Origin: Candidatus Poribacteria bacterium
GTDB taxonomy: Bacteria; Poribacteria; WGA-4E; WGA-3G
Assembly: GCA_963665235.2 (NCBI GenBank)
Contig: CAXXLX010000001.1
Span: 3,072,001-3,136,000, forward strand
Length of the DNA stretch: 64,000 nt
Reading direction: 5' to 3'
Below are positions 1 to 11,270 of this stretch, piece by piece. How positions within the stretch are numbered: the stretch's first letter is position 1; each line of letters begins with the position of its first letter. The position numbers and the translations under genes were made by a program. The notes beneath the pieces were generated by a model. It was not told where the DNA came from, made no database searches, and was given only the letters and a program-made list of their open reading frames with translations.

Positions 1-9
1 CGTTATAGG

Positions 10-1497
10 TTATTGAGAATCGGTTCGAAGTTGCGTAACAAGTTCGGCTGCTGTGCAACTGTTTATCAGTTTACCGACAATTTCTTGTGTGCCAAAATGT
101 GGACGTTCCATCATAATTTTATCGAAACCTGTTGGGCCGTTAAAGATTATTGAATTCCAACTTGCGCTGTGGATATCGTTAGGAAATTTACGCAGACAGG
201 TGCCTCGGAAGTATGCGCGCGTGTCTACGGGTGGATGCTGCATTGCATGAACGATTTCTTCATGGCTTAGCAGCTGTTCCACGTGTCCGTTTTTAAGGAG
301 CCGTGCGTAAAGTCCTTTATCCGGACGCAGGTCATGATATTGCAAATCGAGCATTCGAACGCGCGGGTCGCTCCATTTAAAGTTGTGGCGGTTTACATAA
401 GCATCTATAAGCCGTTTTTTGATAATCCAATCTAAATGGTGCGCTAAGCTCATCGGTTCGGTTTGTAAACCCTTTAGCACATATTCCCATTTTTCTAGGA
501 CATCTTGCACTATAGGGGTTCGTTCTTCAGTAGATAGGTGTTGATGTGCAAGTTCAAGGTACGCTTTTTGGAGCTCTATTGCGCTCCACTGTCTGCCATC
601 TTCCAGTTCAAATTTGTTTTGGCAAGATAGGTCGCGTGACACTGCTTTTATCGTTGCGACTGGGTCTTTTAGGCGGAACTGTTTTCCGACAACCCCCTTC
701 TCAATCAATTGTAGCACGATATTTGTGATTCCGATTTTCAGGTAAATTGTGAATTCGGACATGTTTGAGTCACCAACGATGACGTGGAGCCGGCGGTAAA
801 GTGTTGCGTCGGCATGCGGTTCGTCACGTGTGTTAATGAGCGGACGTTCAACCATTGTGCTAAGTCCAACCTCTTTTTCAAAGAAATCGGCGCGTTGTGA
901 GATTTGGTACTCGGTGTCAGTCGTTCCGTTTTCAGCACCCACTTTTCCGCTGCCAGTGATAATCTGACGTGTTACGAGAAATGGGGTTAATCCATCAACG
1001 ATATCTGCGAAGGGCACCGCTCGTGACATGAGGTAATTTTCATGTGACCCGTAGCTGTGTCCTTTGTAATCCGTATTATTTTTGTAGATGATGAGTTCTT
1101 GGTTATCGAGTAAAAGTTGTTCTGCGGCGAGGCGGCTCAGGTCTAAGATGAGTTCTCCCGCCTTTTCGTATTTGAGCACATCTCGGGCATTTGTGCATTC
1201 AGGCGTGCAGTACTCCGGGTGTGCGTGGTCGACGTAATATCTGCCGCCATTTATCAAAATATCATTGATAACGCTGCTATTTACAGTGTCCACCGATATA
1301 TGCTCGCCTTCAGCCACGAATCCGCGTGCGTCCATTAGCGGACTTTCTTGCGCGTAATCCCACGAAATTGTTGTGAGATTTTGGCTTTTGTAGGCGTTGA
1401 CGACCAGCGTTGACGCTGCAATAGGGTCCTGTTCACGCGCATTTTTGACAGAGATACCGAATTCAGTTTCGGTTCCGATAATTGTTGGTACTGCCAT
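10..1497 (-). CDS. dop: Pup deamidase/depupylase Dop (PafA/Dop family)
   Basis: Motifs IGTETEFGI, WDYAQESPLMDARGF (Dop-type), NGGRYYVDHAHPEYCTPEC, YKNNTDYKGHSYGSHENYL, TRDEPHAD, RRLHVIVGD, DLQYHD. Likely start at MAVPT (1497). Lies directly downstream of arc. Confidence 0.9.
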   Translation of the reverse strand: MAVPTIIGTETEFGISVKNAREQDPIAASTLVVNAYKSQNLTTISWDYAQESPLMDARGFVAEGEHISVDTVNSSVINDILINGGRYYVDHAHPEYCTPECTNARDVLKYEKAGELILDLSRLAAEQLLLDNQELIIYKNNTDYKGHSYGSHENYLMSRAVPFADIVDGLTPFLVTRQIITGSGKVGAENGTTDTEYQISQRADFFEKEVGLSTMVERPLINTRDEPHADATLYRRLHVIVGDSNMSEFTIYLKIGITNIVLQLIEKGVVGKQFRLKDPVATIKAVSRDLSCQNKFELEDGRQWSAIELQKAYLELAHQHLSTEERTPIVQDVLEKWEYVLKGLQTEPMSLAHHLDWIIKKRLIDAYVNRHNFKWSDPRVRMLDLQYHDLRPDKGLYARLLKNGHVEQLLSHEEIVHAMQHPPVDTRAYFRGTCLRKFPNDIHSASWNSIIFNGPTGFDKIMMERPHFGTQEIVGKLINSCTAAELVTQLRTDSQ

Positions 1498-1546
1498 TTG
1501 ACTCTTTCTTTGCCAGAGCAGTGGTGCTGCAATCACTCAATGGAGA

Positions 1547-1679
1547 TTGGCTGTTGGCTTCGCTGGCTAATGGCTGTTAGCAAGAGTAAAGAAACAAAAA
1601 GGACGCTTCTCTTTCTTATATTTCTTCTCTTCTCTTATATTTCTTGCTAATTGCTAATTGCTAATTGCCAATTGCCAAT
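1547..1679. repeat. Heptamer-repeat inverted element (TTGGCTG-like x n, GCAAGA ... TCTTGC, TAATTGC x n)
   Basis: A run of ttgctaa/ttgccaa heptamers at 1644-1679 is roughly complementary to the ttggctg/ttagcaagag run at 1547-1585. Same family at 10982, 11402 and 50390. Confidence 0.6.
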
Positions 1680-3475
1680 TATAGATACGTTCCGCCTTTG
1701 CTCACGCGCATGTCTGGCTTTCTCCGAGATTCGGGTTGATTAATCAGGGCACGAATGTTGACGATTTTTTCGCCTTTTCTGCCTGAGATTTTTGCCCAGT
1801 CATCTGGATTCGTGGTATTCGGGAGGTCCTCGTTTTCACGGTATTCTTCCCGGATAGCTGTTTTAAGGTCGTCAAGGGAGATGCCTTTCTCTTTTCCATC
1901 TGAATTGATTAAACGTTTAATCGCCGCTTTCTTTGCGCGTGAAACGATGTTTTGAATCATAGCACCGCTGACAAAGTCTTTGAAAAAGAGCACTTCGCGT
2001 TCACCCCGTGTGTATGTGACCTCAATAAATCGATTTTCGTCTGTCGTTGCGTACATCTCATCTACCGCTTCAGCGATGAGGAACTCAGACAGGGTATTCG
2101 TGTTGCCGTCGAATTTCTCAAGTGCCGCTTCGGCAAACGGGAGCTCCGGTGTTAAGTAGATAGCGAATATATCCTTTGCTCCCTCAAGACCGGGCCGGTC
2201 AATTTTAATCTTTATATCAAGCCGTCCTGGTCGGAGAACTGCGGGGTCAAGGAGGTCCTGCCGATTGCTTGCACCGATGACAATAACATCACGCAGGTTT
2301 TCAACGCCATCAATTTCTGCAAGAAATTGTGGGACCAACGTAGATTCCATATCTGATGAGATGCCCATGCCTCTGGACCGGAACAGCGAATCCATTTCAT
2401 CGAAGAAGATGACGACTGGGAATCCCTCTTTAGATTTTTCGCGCGCCTTCTGAAAGACCTCTCGAATCTTCCGCTCCGTTTCCCCTACGTATTTGTTGAG
2501 CAGTTCGGGTCCCTTAATGTTGATGAAATATCCTTTGACTTCATCTCTCCCCGTCTGTTGGCGTACCCGTTCGGCGAGGCTGTTCGCTACAGCGCGGGCT
2601 ATCAAGGTTTTGCCGCATCCGGGCGGGCCGTAAAGTAGGACTCCCTTTGGGGGTGTGAGGTCAAATTCGCGATATTCCTCTGGGTACAGGTACGGCATCT
2701 CAATGGCATCGCGAATGGCACCTATCTGTTCATCTAGACCGCCAATGTCATCGTAACCGATATCAGGTACTTCCTCGAGGAGTAGGTCATCAAGTTCGCG
2801 TTTGGGCAGTTTTTCCAGAACTATCCCGCTTGTATGATTCAGCAGGACGTTGTCGCCTGTTTTTAGGATTTCGTCTTTCAATGCGGCAGCGACTCGGACA
2901 ACCCGTTCTTCATCGGTTCTGAGGCTCACAATGACCCGTTCCGATTCCAGGACCTCTTTAACCTTAACAACGTCGCCGTGTTTGTCAGGTGTTTTGGTCC
3001 CAACGACGTTCAAACCGCTATTTACGATGACTTCTTGCCCTGTGTACAGCTGTTCGGCTTTTAGCGTAGGGTCAAGATTGACACGCCATTTTTTACCGCT
3101 GATATCGACATCGACAGTCTTATCCTCATTTGTTCTGAGGAAGATGCCGTAGTTGTTGGGGGGCGCGCTAAGCTGCTTGACCTTTTCGCTGAGCAGTTCC
3201 AGTCTTTCTTTCGCTTCCTGAAGTTTGTTCATCAACTTTCGGTTGCGTCGGTGTGCCTGCATGAGTTCGCGTGTCATGCTGTAGAGTTGTGCATCAACAT
3301 CGTCATCAGGGGCAGCTCTGAGTTGCCTTCGCAGGTCAGTCACCTCATTTTGGAGCATCTCTATTTGCCAATTGAGCTCACGAATCCGCTGTGGATAATC
3401 CGCTGTATCTGATGCGGTTTCCGTAATATCGGACCCTTTCGCTAACTCCTGAGAGGTCTCTCTTTTGGTAGCCAT
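1679..3475 (-). CDS. arc: Proteasome AAA ATPase ARC/Mpa
   Basis: N-terminal coiled coil, LSAPPNNYG and OB domains, LEEVPDIGYDDIGGL, Walker A GPPGCGKT, IKGPELLNKYVGETER, Walker B IFFDEMD, ENEDLPNTTNPDDWAKISG, and C-terminal HbYX-type tail GGTYL. Confidence 0.95.
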   Translation of the reverse strand: MATKRETSQELAKGSDITETASDTADYPQRIRELNWQIEMLQNEVTDLRRQLRAAPDDDVDAQLYSMTRELMQAHRRNRKLMNKLQEAKERLELLSEKVKQLSAPPNNYGIFLRTNEDKTVDVDISGKKWRVNLDPTLKAEQLYTGQEVIVNSGLNVVGTKTPDKHGDVVKVKEVLESERVIVSLRTDEERVVRVAAALKDEILKTGDNVLLNHTSGIVLEKLPKRELDDLLLEEVPDIGYDDIGGLDEQIGAIRDAIEMPYLYPEEYREFDLTPPKGVLLYGPPGCGKTLIARAVANSLAERVRQQTGRDEVKGYFINIKGPELLNKYVGETERKIREVFQKAREKSKEGFPVVIFFDEMDSLFRSRGMGISSDMESTLVPQFLAEIDGVENLRDVIVIGASNRQDLLDPAVLRPGRLDIKIKIDRPGLEGAKDIFAIYLTPELPFAEAALEKFDGNTNTLSEFLIAEAVDEMYATTDENRFIEVTYTRGEREVLFFKDFVSGAMIQNIVSRAKKAAIKRLINSDGKEKGISLDDLKTAIREEYRENEDLPNTTNPDDWAKISGRKGEKIVNIRALINQPESRRKPDMRVSKGGTYL

Positions 3476-3650
3476 AGGAGAAGTTCTCACTTTCCATTAA
3501 AAGAATTGATGGTATACAGTGTCGGCCGGTTTTGATTATGTCCAGCTCAACCTTTACTTATTAGAGTATAGCATGCTACAAATAGTGCGTCAAGAAGAAA
3601 TCGAAGGTGTTCAATTTTTGTGCCGCTGCAGCAATCACCTAAGCAGCTGT

Positions 3651-4730
3651 CTACTCTTCATCAACGTTTTCAGCGTCTATTGAGATATCCTCGAACTCAT
3701 CAACCTCGTCTTCAGGAATTTCACCTGCGGTAGATTGCGAAAATGAGGTGAGACTTTCCCGGATTTTGCTCTCAATTTCCGCTGTGATTTCAGGATTCTC
3801 CTCCAGATAGGTTTTGACAGTATTCCGTCCTTGGCCTATCCGCTCGTTGTTATAGGAGAACCATGACCCACTTTTCTGCACCAAACCTTCCTCAACAGCG
3901 ATGTCGAGGAGATTGCCCTCTTTGGAGATGCCTTTCCCAAACGTCACGTCGAATTCGGCTTCTCTGAACGGTGGGGCGACCTTATTTTTCACAACTTTGA
4001 CACGGACTCGGTTTCCAAGTATATCGGTGCCATCCTTAATTTGTTGGGCGCGCCGCATTTCCAACCGAACGGAAGCGTGGAACTTTAGCGCAAGTCCACC
4101 GGGGGTCGTATCCGGATTGCCGAACGTCAACCCAATTTTTTGCCGAATTTGGTTTGTAAAGACAACGCACGTGCGGGATTTGTTTGTCACACCGGATAAT
4201 TTCCTTAATGCCTTAGACATTAACCGGGGCAGCAACCCGACGTGTGCGTCGCCCATTTCGCCTTCAATTTCTGCCTGCGGTGTTAAAGCAGCCACTGAGT
4301 CAATGACAACGATATCAATGGCCCCACTTCTGATGAGGTGTTCCACAATTTCGAGGGCTTGTTCGCCAGCATCGGGTTGCGAAATCAACAAATTTTCTAG
4401 GTTGACCCCAATATTGCGTGCGTAGGTTGTATCTAGGGCGTGTTCGACATCAATGAAGGCGGCAATTCCACCGAGTTTCTGTGCCTCTGCAACGATGTGG
4501 AGTGCCAATGTTGTTTTTCCTGTGGCTTCATGTCCAAAGACTTCAATAATTCTACCGCGTGGCACACCGCCGACCCCAAGTGCTAAATCGAGGGCAAGGG
4601 CCCCGGTCGGAATTGTTTCTACAGGTACAACGTCGCTGTCGGAGAAACGCATAATCGCCCCTTTTCCGTATATGCGTTCTACCTGTGCAATTGTTTGGTC
4701 GAGTGCTTTCTGTTTTTCTTCTGTTGCCAT
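3651..4730 (-). CDS. recA: Recombinase RecA
   Basis: [64 protein letters not shown]. Confidence 0.98.
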   Translation of the reverse strand: MATEEKQKALDQTIAQVERIYGKGAIMRFSDSDVVPVETIPTGALALDLALGVGGVPRGRIIEVFGHEATGKTTLALHIVAEAQKLGGIAAFIDVEHALDTTYARNIGVNLENLLISQPDAGEQALEIVEHLIRSGAIDIVVIDSVAALTPQAEIEGEMGDAHVGLLPRLMSKALRKLSGVTNKSRTCVVFTNQIRQKIGLTFGNPDTTPGGLALKFHASVRLEMRRAQQIKDGTDILGNRVRVKVVKNKVAPPFREAEFDVTFGKGISKEGNLLDIAVEEGLVQKSGSWFSYNNERIGQGRNTVKTYLEENPEITAEIESKIRESLTSFSQSTAGEIPEDEVDEFEDISIDAENVDEE

Positions 4731-4731
4731 T

Positions 4732-5316
4732 TTAGGCTGTCTCCTTTTCGAGTTGACAAGTTTTTAGCGGGGTATAGACAGCGCCCGTAGGATGCATCTC
4801 ACTTCTGATGAGTGCAATTTCGTTGACTGTGAAAGACCCCCTATCAAGGATTTCGTACTGTTTAAATGAATCGGTAAAAGGTTTCAAATTTATACGGTTT
4901 TTTAGACGTGCTAACGTTAAGTGTGGATGAAATCGTGTATCTGCTGGGTATTCCAGTTTAGCGAGTCCCTTGTTAACCGTTTCTGCCAATGTTGACACTG
5001 CTGACGCGCCATGTTTTAGTCCTATCCATAGCACACGAGGGCGCGTCAAATTTGGGAATGTCCCGATACCCCCAATTTCAACAGGAAAAGGCGTGCGAGT
5101 TGCGGCAACACGTTGAAGGGCGGCACCAATTTTCGGAACCCGCTGCTTTTCTATATCCCCTATGAATTTCAAGGTGAGGTGGAAGTTCCCATGTCGCACC
5201 CAGGATGCCTTGCCGATTTTCGGACGGAACGCGTCCTGCACCGTTGTGAGTAAATTTTGAATCGGGTCCGGTATCTCAATAGCAACGAAACATCGTATCG
5301 TATCCGCACGCATCAC
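4732..5316 (-). CDS. thpR: RNA 2',3'-cyclic phosphodiesterase (2H family)
   Basis: RCFVAI start, two HxT motifs (FHLTLKF, PHLTLAR), PRVLW, GAVY. Usual position upstream of recA. Confidence 0.9.
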   Translation of the reverse strand: MMRADTIRCFVAIEIPDPIQNLLTTVQDAFRPKIGKASWVRHGNFHLTLKFIGDIEKQRVPKIGAALQRVAATRTPFPVEIGGIGTFPNLTRPRVLWIGLKHGASAVSTLAETVNKGLAKLEYPADTRFHPHLTLARLKNRINLKPFTDSFKQYEILDRGSFTVNEIALIRSEMHPTGAVYTPLKTCQLEKETA

Positions 5317-5333
5317 GTCTGGCTCCTGACACC

Positions 5334-5945
5334 CTAAGATTTTGAAGGTTGTACCAAATTAAAGACCGCCTCGCGGTTTCTGAACACAAATTCTGACCCG
5401 GAGACCACTGTTAACACTAGGGGAAGATACATCATAAAATAAATTGGGCCGTGATGCCGTATAACCCGTTCTGAATCGTTTGGGAAAAGGGCAAGCAACC
5501 CTAAACTAATTAAAATCACGATGAACTGAGAGGCAGTTTTGTATTTTCCCCATCGATTCGCAGCGACAACTTTCCCATTTTTGACGACAAACACGGTTCG
5601 CAATAAGGTAACAACGAACTCCCGTCCTAGGATAACCAATACCATCCACATCGGTATTAAGCCACCTTCAAATCCTAACCCCTCGTCTTTGAAGAGGGTG
5701 AGGCAAATTAACGCGGCACCGACCAACAGCTTATCAACGAAGGAGTCCATGAAAGCACCGAAGTTGGTCGTTCCATATTTCCGCGCGATTCTCCCATCGA
5801 GCGTGTCTGTCAACGCTGCAGCACCGAAAAAAATGTTGGCGAGCATCATTGACTTTGCACGAAAATAGAACGTGAACGGCAGTATCAGCAAAAATCGCAA
5901 AAATGTTAAAAGGTTTGCTAACCGTAAAAGACTACGAAGATTCAT
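5334..5945 (-). CDS. pgsA: CDP-alcohol phosphatidyltransferase (PgsA-like)
   Basis: ANLLTFLR, TDTLDGRIARKYGTTNFGAFMDSFVDK signature, REFVVT, GKYKT. Confidence 0.85.
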   Translation of the reverse strand: MNLRSLLRLANLLTFLRFLLILPFTFYFRAKSMMLANIFFGAAALTDTLDGRIARKYGTTNFGAFMDSFVDKLLVGAALICLTLFKDEGLGFEGGLIPMWMVLVILGREFVVTLLRTVFVVKNGKVVAANRWGKYKTASQFIVILISLGLLALFPNDSERVIRHHGPIYFMMYLPLVLTVVSGSEFVFRNREAVFNLVQPSKS

Positions 5946-5951
5946 AAATTC

Positions 5952-6647
5952 CTAATTATCGGAAACGTCAATCACCTCAGCATCTTCAGGAATAACAAAC
6001 TTGAACACGTCAGGAGGTAGTTTTTTGTCCCGTTCAATTTTGGATAAGGTAACAATGACGCTCCGCTGCTGACCATCTTCAAATTTAGTCGTAGTGCCAA
6101 ATTGCACAGGGAGCCATTCATCTTTTTTGACCCAGATGTATAGTGTTTCCTTCACCGTACTGGTCACCATGTGCGGTTTGAAGGTCAACTGAATTTGATA
6201 AACACCTTTCGGATTCGCGGCTTCATCTGGAACAAGTTTCATATTATAGTTTTTTCGTACGTCCTCAAGTGAGGCTCCGATTCCCGGTAAAATCTCCCGC
6301 CGTTTCCGGGCATCCCACTTCATTTTGTTCACCTGCTCCAGGAGGGGTACATAAGACCAAGCATATTTGCCATCCAAAACGATGACTTTTTCAACCTTGC
6401 TGCGGTCTTTGCGGGCCACGTACTCTTTACGGAGTAGGTTCGGTTTGCCAAATGTAAACCGCCCGCGAGCCGTGCTTTTCCCATGCGGAAATAGAGTCGT
6501 TTCCTCGAACTCTGCACTGAAATTCTTAGATTTTTCATAAGCTGCCTTGAAATTCTCAAAAATTTCGTCAACCGTATAGGTAGCACCATCGCTGGCAAAG
6601 CCTATTGACAGGCATATCAAAATTAAACTCCAATAGAGGCGTTTCAC
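5952..6647 (-). CDS. LolA-family outer-membrane lipoprotein carrier
   Basis: Signal peptide, FSAEFEETT, GRFTFGKPNLLRKEY, VLDGKYAWSYVP, FKFVIPEDAEVID. GTG start after AGGAG. Confidence 0.75.
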   Translation of the reverse strand: MKRLYWSLILICLSIGFASDGATYTVDEIFENFKAAYEKSKNFSAEFEETTLFPHGKSTARGRFTFGKPNLLRKEYVARKDRSKVEKVIVLDGKYAWSYVPLLEQVNKMKWDARKRREILPGIGASLEDVRKNYNMKLVPDEAANPKGVYQIQLTFKPHMVTSTVKETLYIWVKKDEWLPVQFGTTTKFEDGQQRSVIVTLSKIERDKKLPPDVFKFVIPEDAEVIDVSDN

Positions 6648-6725
6648 TGTGTTTCTCCTTTTCGAAAACGAGATGGAAGATTTATTATGTATATAGTATA
6701 GCATTAACTTTTTTATCTGTCAATG

Positions 6726-7175
6726 CTATTTTTTAATTTTTTCGCTGTTGATAATTTTTTCGACCTCTGTTTCCGAAACGTGTAATCGCGACCAGTTTGT
6801 CAGCGCGACCTCTAACTCGTTTGGTGCCTCTAATGCATGTATGACAAGCCGTTCCAAAGTTTCCGCAACCGCTGTCTCTCTAAATATCGCCTCAAACCAT
6901 ATCCCAAATGTTTTGATTGCATCCGAAGATTCAGAAAAAACCCAAAAAATGACACGACAAAAATCGAGACCTTCGTCTACTCGCTTCTCTGAAATCCACA
7001 CCTCTTCAGGAAATCCATGAAAAAATTCTAACAGATTCGCGATTAACACGGGTAATTCCTGATTGAGATAGGAAATTTCCGGATAGATGTCGAAATGAAC
7101 CGCGTATTTGTGAGCATAAAGCCGCCGCGCTGCATCCTCGGTGCGTTCAACGGTTGTTTTTGTGTCAGATAACAA
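6726..7175 (-). CDS. Hypothetical protein
   Basis: 149-aa ORF with a GGAGG RBS before a TTG start. No recognisable motif. Confidence 0.55.
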   Translation of the reverse strand: MLSDTKTTVERTEDAARRLYAHKYAVHFDIYPEISYLNQELPVLIANLLEFFHGFPEEVWISEKRVDEGLDFCRVIFWVFSESSDAIKTFGIWFEAIFRETAVAETLERLVIHALEAPNELEVALTNWSRLHVSETEVEKIINSEKIKK

Positions 7176-7306
7176 GGGGTACCTCCTTTAAATAGATGGA
7201 CAAAGGCTGCTTGCACATGGTATACTATACTAGAAATGTATTACAAATTGATGCCCGAGGTGCTAGGCACTGTGGGCGCGTCTATCAAGAGAGGACAAAT
7301 ATATCT

Positions 7307-10300
7307 ATGGCGGATTCCGAACGGATAACATATCTTAAAAACGAACTAAAAAAACGCATACTACTTCTGGATGGGGCAATGGGGTCGCTGTTACAGACGT
7401 ATCGACTCACGGAGACGGATTTCCGAGGCGACCTATTTGCCAATCATCCGTGTGACCTCAAAGGGTACAATGACCTGCTCTGCTTAACGCAGCCGGATAT
7501 TGTGCATGAAATACACACAAACTATTGTCGCGCGGGTGCCGATATCATCGAAACGAATACCTTTACGAGTACATCTGTTTCAATGGCGGACTATCAACTT
7601 GAAGAGCTAACATATCAGATTAACGCTGCGGCAGCGCGTATTGCGCGGAAAGTGGCCGATGAATGGACATCCCCTGAAAAACCACGTTTCGTCGCGGGGA
7701 GCATCGGCCCTACCAATCGCAGCTGCTCCCTCTCCCCTAACGTAAATGACCCAGGCTATAGAAATATCACCTTCGCACAGTTGGTCTCCGCTTACACAAC
7801 GCAAGCGGAGGGTTTAATCGATGGCGGTGCCGACCTTCTCCTCGTTGAAACCGTTATGGACACCCTTAATTGTAAAGCAGCCCTCTTTGCAATTCAAACC
7901 CTTTCCGAAAAACGCGGTATTGACATACCGATTATTGTCTCCTCTGACAGAAGCGGAGGCGGCGGACGCAACCTTTCAGGACAAACGGTTGAGGCTTTCT
8001 GGAACTCCGTTCGGCATGCAAACCTACTCGCTGTAGGATTAAACTGCGGTTTTGGGGCTCAACAGATTCGTCCCTATCTCGCCGAAATGGCGAAAATCGC
8101 TGATGTCCCGGTTATCTGTTATCCAAATGCAGGGCTGCCTAACGAGCTCGGACAGTACACACAGACTCCAGCAGAAATGGCAGATTGGATACACGAATTC
8201 GCACAAAACGGCTACGTGAATATTGTCGGCGGATGCTGCGGAAGTCAACCCGAACATATCGAAGCCATTGGCAAAGTCGCAGCAGAATATCCACCCCGCC
8301 AGCCTGCACCCCAAAAATCGGCATGCAGACTCAGCGGCTTAGAACCGTTTAACATCACACCCGACTCTCTCTTTGTTAACGTTGGAGAACGTACAAACGT
8401 AACAGGTTCGCGAAAATTTTCAACGCTTATTAAAAAAGGGGACTATGAAACCGCCTTAGAGGTCGCAAGGGACCAAGTGGAAAACGGCGCGCAAGTTATC
8501 GATATTAATATGGACGCGGGTATGTTAGATGCAAAAACTGCAATGGTCAAATTCCTCAACCTTATTGCAGCGGAACCGGACATTAGCCGAGTGCCTATTA
8601 TGTTGGACTCAAGCAAATGGGACGTAATAGAGGCAGGTTTAGCATGTATACAGGGAAAAGGGGTTGTTAACTCTATTAGTTTAAAGGAGGGGGAACAGGA
8701 TTTCTTAGAAAAGGCAAGACTTATCAGACGGTACGGGGCAGCGGTTATCGTGATGGCGTTTGATGAGAAGGGCCAAGCGGACACCTATCAACGGAAAGTG
8801 GAAATATGCAGGCGGGCATATCGTCTTTTAACAGAGACGGTTGCATTCCCACCGGAGGATATCATCTTCGACCCGAATATCTTCGCTATCGCCACAGGTA
8901 TTCCAGAACACAACGAATACGCAAAGGCGTTTATAGCAGCATGTAGCGAGATTAAATCTACTTGCCCACACGCTTTAGTGAGCGGGGGTGTGAGCAATAT
9001 TTCGTTCGCGTTTCAAGGCAACAACACGGTGCGAGAGGCGATGCACGCCGCATTTCTCTATCACGCTATCAATGCTGGAATGGATATGGGTATCGTCAAC
9101 GCCGGACAACTCGCTGTATATGATGACCTGCCTAAACCCCTATTAGAGGCGGTAGAGGATGTCCTGTTTAATCGCACCGAAGATGCAACCGACCGCCTCG
9201 TTAAGCTCGCCAGCACACTGCAAGGCACACGAAAGAAAAAACGCGCTAACAAAGCATGGCGGAAATTACCGGTTGAAAAACGACTCAGCCACGCACTTGT
9301 GGAAGGAATCGTTGAACATATTGAATCGGATACGGAAGAAGCACGGCTCCGGTATGAAAGACCTATACAGGTAATTGAGGGACCTCTGATGGATGGGATG
9401 GACCGGGTCGGTGAACTCTTCGGAGATGGTAAGATGTTCCTCCCGCAGGTCATGAAAAGTGCACAGGTGATGAAAAGGGCTGTTGCACATCTGATTCCCT
9501 ATATTGAAAAGGAGCAGGCTGAAGGGGTCATACAGTGTAGGGGAAAAATTGTTATGGCAACGGTGAAAGGCGACGTTCACGATATCGGTAAAAATATCGT
9601 AGGGGTGGTGTTGGGATGCAACAATTACGACATTATTGACCTCGGGGTGATGGTGTCAGCGGAGGACATTTTGGAAACGGCACGCAAGGAAAACGCGGAT
9701 ATTATCGGTTTGAGCGGGCTCATTACGCCTTCATTAGATGAAATGGTGAACGTCGCTGAAGAGATGGAGCGTGATGGATTCCAAATTCCGCTCCTCATCG
9801 GCGGGGCAACTACCTCAAAGGTGCATACGGCTGTTCAGATTGAACCTGCTTACAGCGGCCCGACGATTCACGTCAAAGATGCCTCACGCAGCGTAGGAGT
9901 CGTCGCCAATCTTATGAGCGATGAAAACCAGGACCGGTTCGTTGAGCAGGCACGCGAAGAATACGCGGACATCAGAGCACGCCGTGAAAAAAATCGCCAA
10001 CAAACCAACTTACTCCCTTATGCTGTTGCCCAACAACGCAAATTTACTCCTGATTGGAAAAATTACCGTCCACCTAAACCGCATAACATAAATATTAAGG
10101 CGTTTGACGATTATCCGTTAGCGGAACTTGTTGATTATATTGATTGGACACCTTTTTTTACCACATGGGGGTTGACAGGAAAATACCCGAATATTCTAAA
10201 AAATCCGGAAATTGGAACAGAAGCGCGGAAACTGCTCACCGATGCCGAAACCTTACTCCAGAGAATCGTCGAACAGAAAAGGTTTCAGGCACGAGCCGTT

Positions 10301-10981
10301 GTGGGAATCTTTCCCGCAAACGCGGTCGGTGAAGGAACAGAAATATATGCTGACGAAGAGAGAACAGAGATTATCGCTACGCTGCATCACCTGCGTCAAC
10401 AGACTGAACAGCCCTTCTCCAGACCTAACCTCAGCCTTGGCGACTTCATCGCACCGAAGTCGACTGGCCTCCCGGACTATATCGGCGCGTTCGCTGTTAC
10501 AACAGGCATCGGGGTCCCCGAACTCTGTGCCGAGTTTGAGAATCAACATGACGATTACAACAGTATTATGGCGAAGGCGTTGGCAGACCGATTGGCGGAG
10601 GCTTTTGCTGAACGGATGCATCAGCATGTCCGCACTACCCTCTGGGGATATGCTACTGACGAAACGTTAGACACTGCTGCCCTGATTGCAGAGAAATACC
10701 GCGGAATACGACCGGCCCCGGGATATCCCGCATGTCCGGACCATACTCAGAAACATGTCCTATTTTCGCTGCTGAACGGTACGGAGAACACAGGCATTTC
10801 TCTCACCGAAAATCTTGCGATGTTCCCTGCAGCGTCTGTAAGTGGGTGGTATTATTCACACCCGGACGCACGCTATTTCAGTATCAGCAGAATCGGTGAG
10901 GACCAGGTTGCTGATTATGCATCGCGTACCGGTATGAACTTGGAAACAGCGAAACGTTGGCTGAAACCCTTGTTGAGCTAG
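7307..10981 (+). CDS. metH: Cobalamin-dependent methionine synthase
   Basis: [34 protein letters not shown] (B12-binding), [14 protein letters not shown]. Start at MADSE (7307). Confidence 0.97.
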   Translation: MADSERITYLKNELKKRILLLDGAMGSLLQTYRLTETDFRGDLFANHPCDLKGYNDLLCLTQPDIVHEIHTNYCRAGADIIETNTFTSTSVSMADYQLEELTYQINAAAARIARKVADEWTSPEKPRFVAGSIGPTNRSCSLSPNVNDPGYRNITFAQLVSAYTTQAEGLIDGGADLLLVETVMDTLNCKAALFAIQTLSEKRGIDIPIIVSSDRSGGGGRNLSGQTVEAFWNSVRHANLLAVGLNCGFGAQQIRPYLAEMAKIADVPVICYPNAGLPNELGQYTQTPAEMADWIHEFAQNGYVNIVGGCCGSQPEHIEAIGKVAAEYPPRQPAPQKSACRLSGLEPFNITPDSLFVNVGERTNVTGSRKFSTLIKKGDYETALEVARDQVENGAQVIDINMDAGMLDAKTAMVKFLNLIAAEPDISRVPIMLDSSKWDVIEAGLACIQGKGVVNSISLKEGEQDFLEKARLIRRYGAAVIVMAFDEKGQADTYQRKVEICRRAYRLLTETVAFPPEDIIFDPNIFAIATGIPEHNEYAKAFIAACSEIKSTCPHALVSGGVSNISFAFQGNNTVREAMHAAFLYHAINAGMDMGIVNAGQLAVYDDLPKPLLEAVEDVLFNRTEDATDRLVKLASTLQGTRKKKRANKAWRKLPVEKRLSHALVEGIVEHIESDTEEARLRYERPIQVIEGPLMDGMDRVGELFGDGKMFLPQVMKSAQVMKRAVAHLIPYIEKEQAEGVIQCRGKIVMATVKGDVHDIGKNIVGVVLGCNNYDIIDLGVMVSAEDILETARKENADIIGLSGLITPSLDEMVNVAEEMERDGFQIPLLIGGATTSKVHTAVQIEPAYSGPTIHVKDASRSVGVVANLMSDENQDRFVEQAREEYADIRARREKNRQQTNLLPYAVAQQRKFTPDWKNYRPPKPHNINIKAFDDYPLAELVDYIDWTPFFTTWGLTGKYPNILKNPEIGTEARKLLTDAETLLQRIVEQKRFQARAVVGIFPANAVGEGTEIYADEERTEIIATLHHLRQQTEQPFSRPNLSLGDFIAPKSTGLPDYIGAFAVTTGIGVPELCAEFENQHDDYNSIMAKALADRLAEAFAERMHQHVRTTLWGYATDETLDTAALIAEKYRGIRPAPGYPACPDHTQKHVLFSLLNGTENTGISLTENLAMFPAASVSGWYYSHPDARYFSISRIGEDQVADYASRTGMNLETAKRWLKPLLS

Positions 10982-11036
10982 TTGGTTATTGGCGATTAGC
11001 AATTAGCAATTGGCAAGAGATGTTGTGATTCTAATA

Positions 11037-11170
11037 ACTTGAGCTTGATAATAAATGTCCGTGCAATCGACGAGCAATCAATGGTTTCCCTACTACGAGC
11101 CCTTATATTTAGTATTCGGGCAACCAGCCCGCTCCTCATACTAGGGGAAAACTTTTTTTCAAACTCATGT
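11037..11170 (-). mobile_element. Short (134 bp) degenerate copy of MITE family A, reverse orientation
   Basis: The ends gagcttgataataaatgtccgt and aaaactttttttcaaactcatgt are reverse complements of the ends of the 26335 and 51784 elements. Also shares the internal agtattcgggca...cgctcctcatactagg. Confidence 0.7.
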
Positions 11171-11182
11171 ATATATGTATAT

Positions 11183-11270
11183 CCTCTTCAGTAGGAGCGT
11201 GCTGTGCACGCGATATTGCGTCCGTTCCCTTCTGTCCTCTTCAGTAGGAGCGTGCTGTGCACGCGATATT
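11183..11270 (+). repeat. Two GTAG-type REP palindromes
   Basis: tcctcttcaGTAGgaGCGTGCtgtGCACGCgatatt occurs twice in direct orientation. Confidence 0.7.

Noticed and set aside
3901-4767. Long antisense ORFs (e.g. 3901-4425, 18342-18908, 24105-24776, 42172-42762)
   Set aside because: They are shadow frames of well-supported genes on the other strand, with no motifs or RBS.
4732-5945. Missing cinA in the pgsA-thpR-recA cluster
   Set aside because: Ordinary gene-order variation, with no remnant visible.
7280-7300. SAM-I riboswitch before metH
   Set aside because: Only the ATCAAGAG segment matches, and there is no room for P2-P4 before the start codon.
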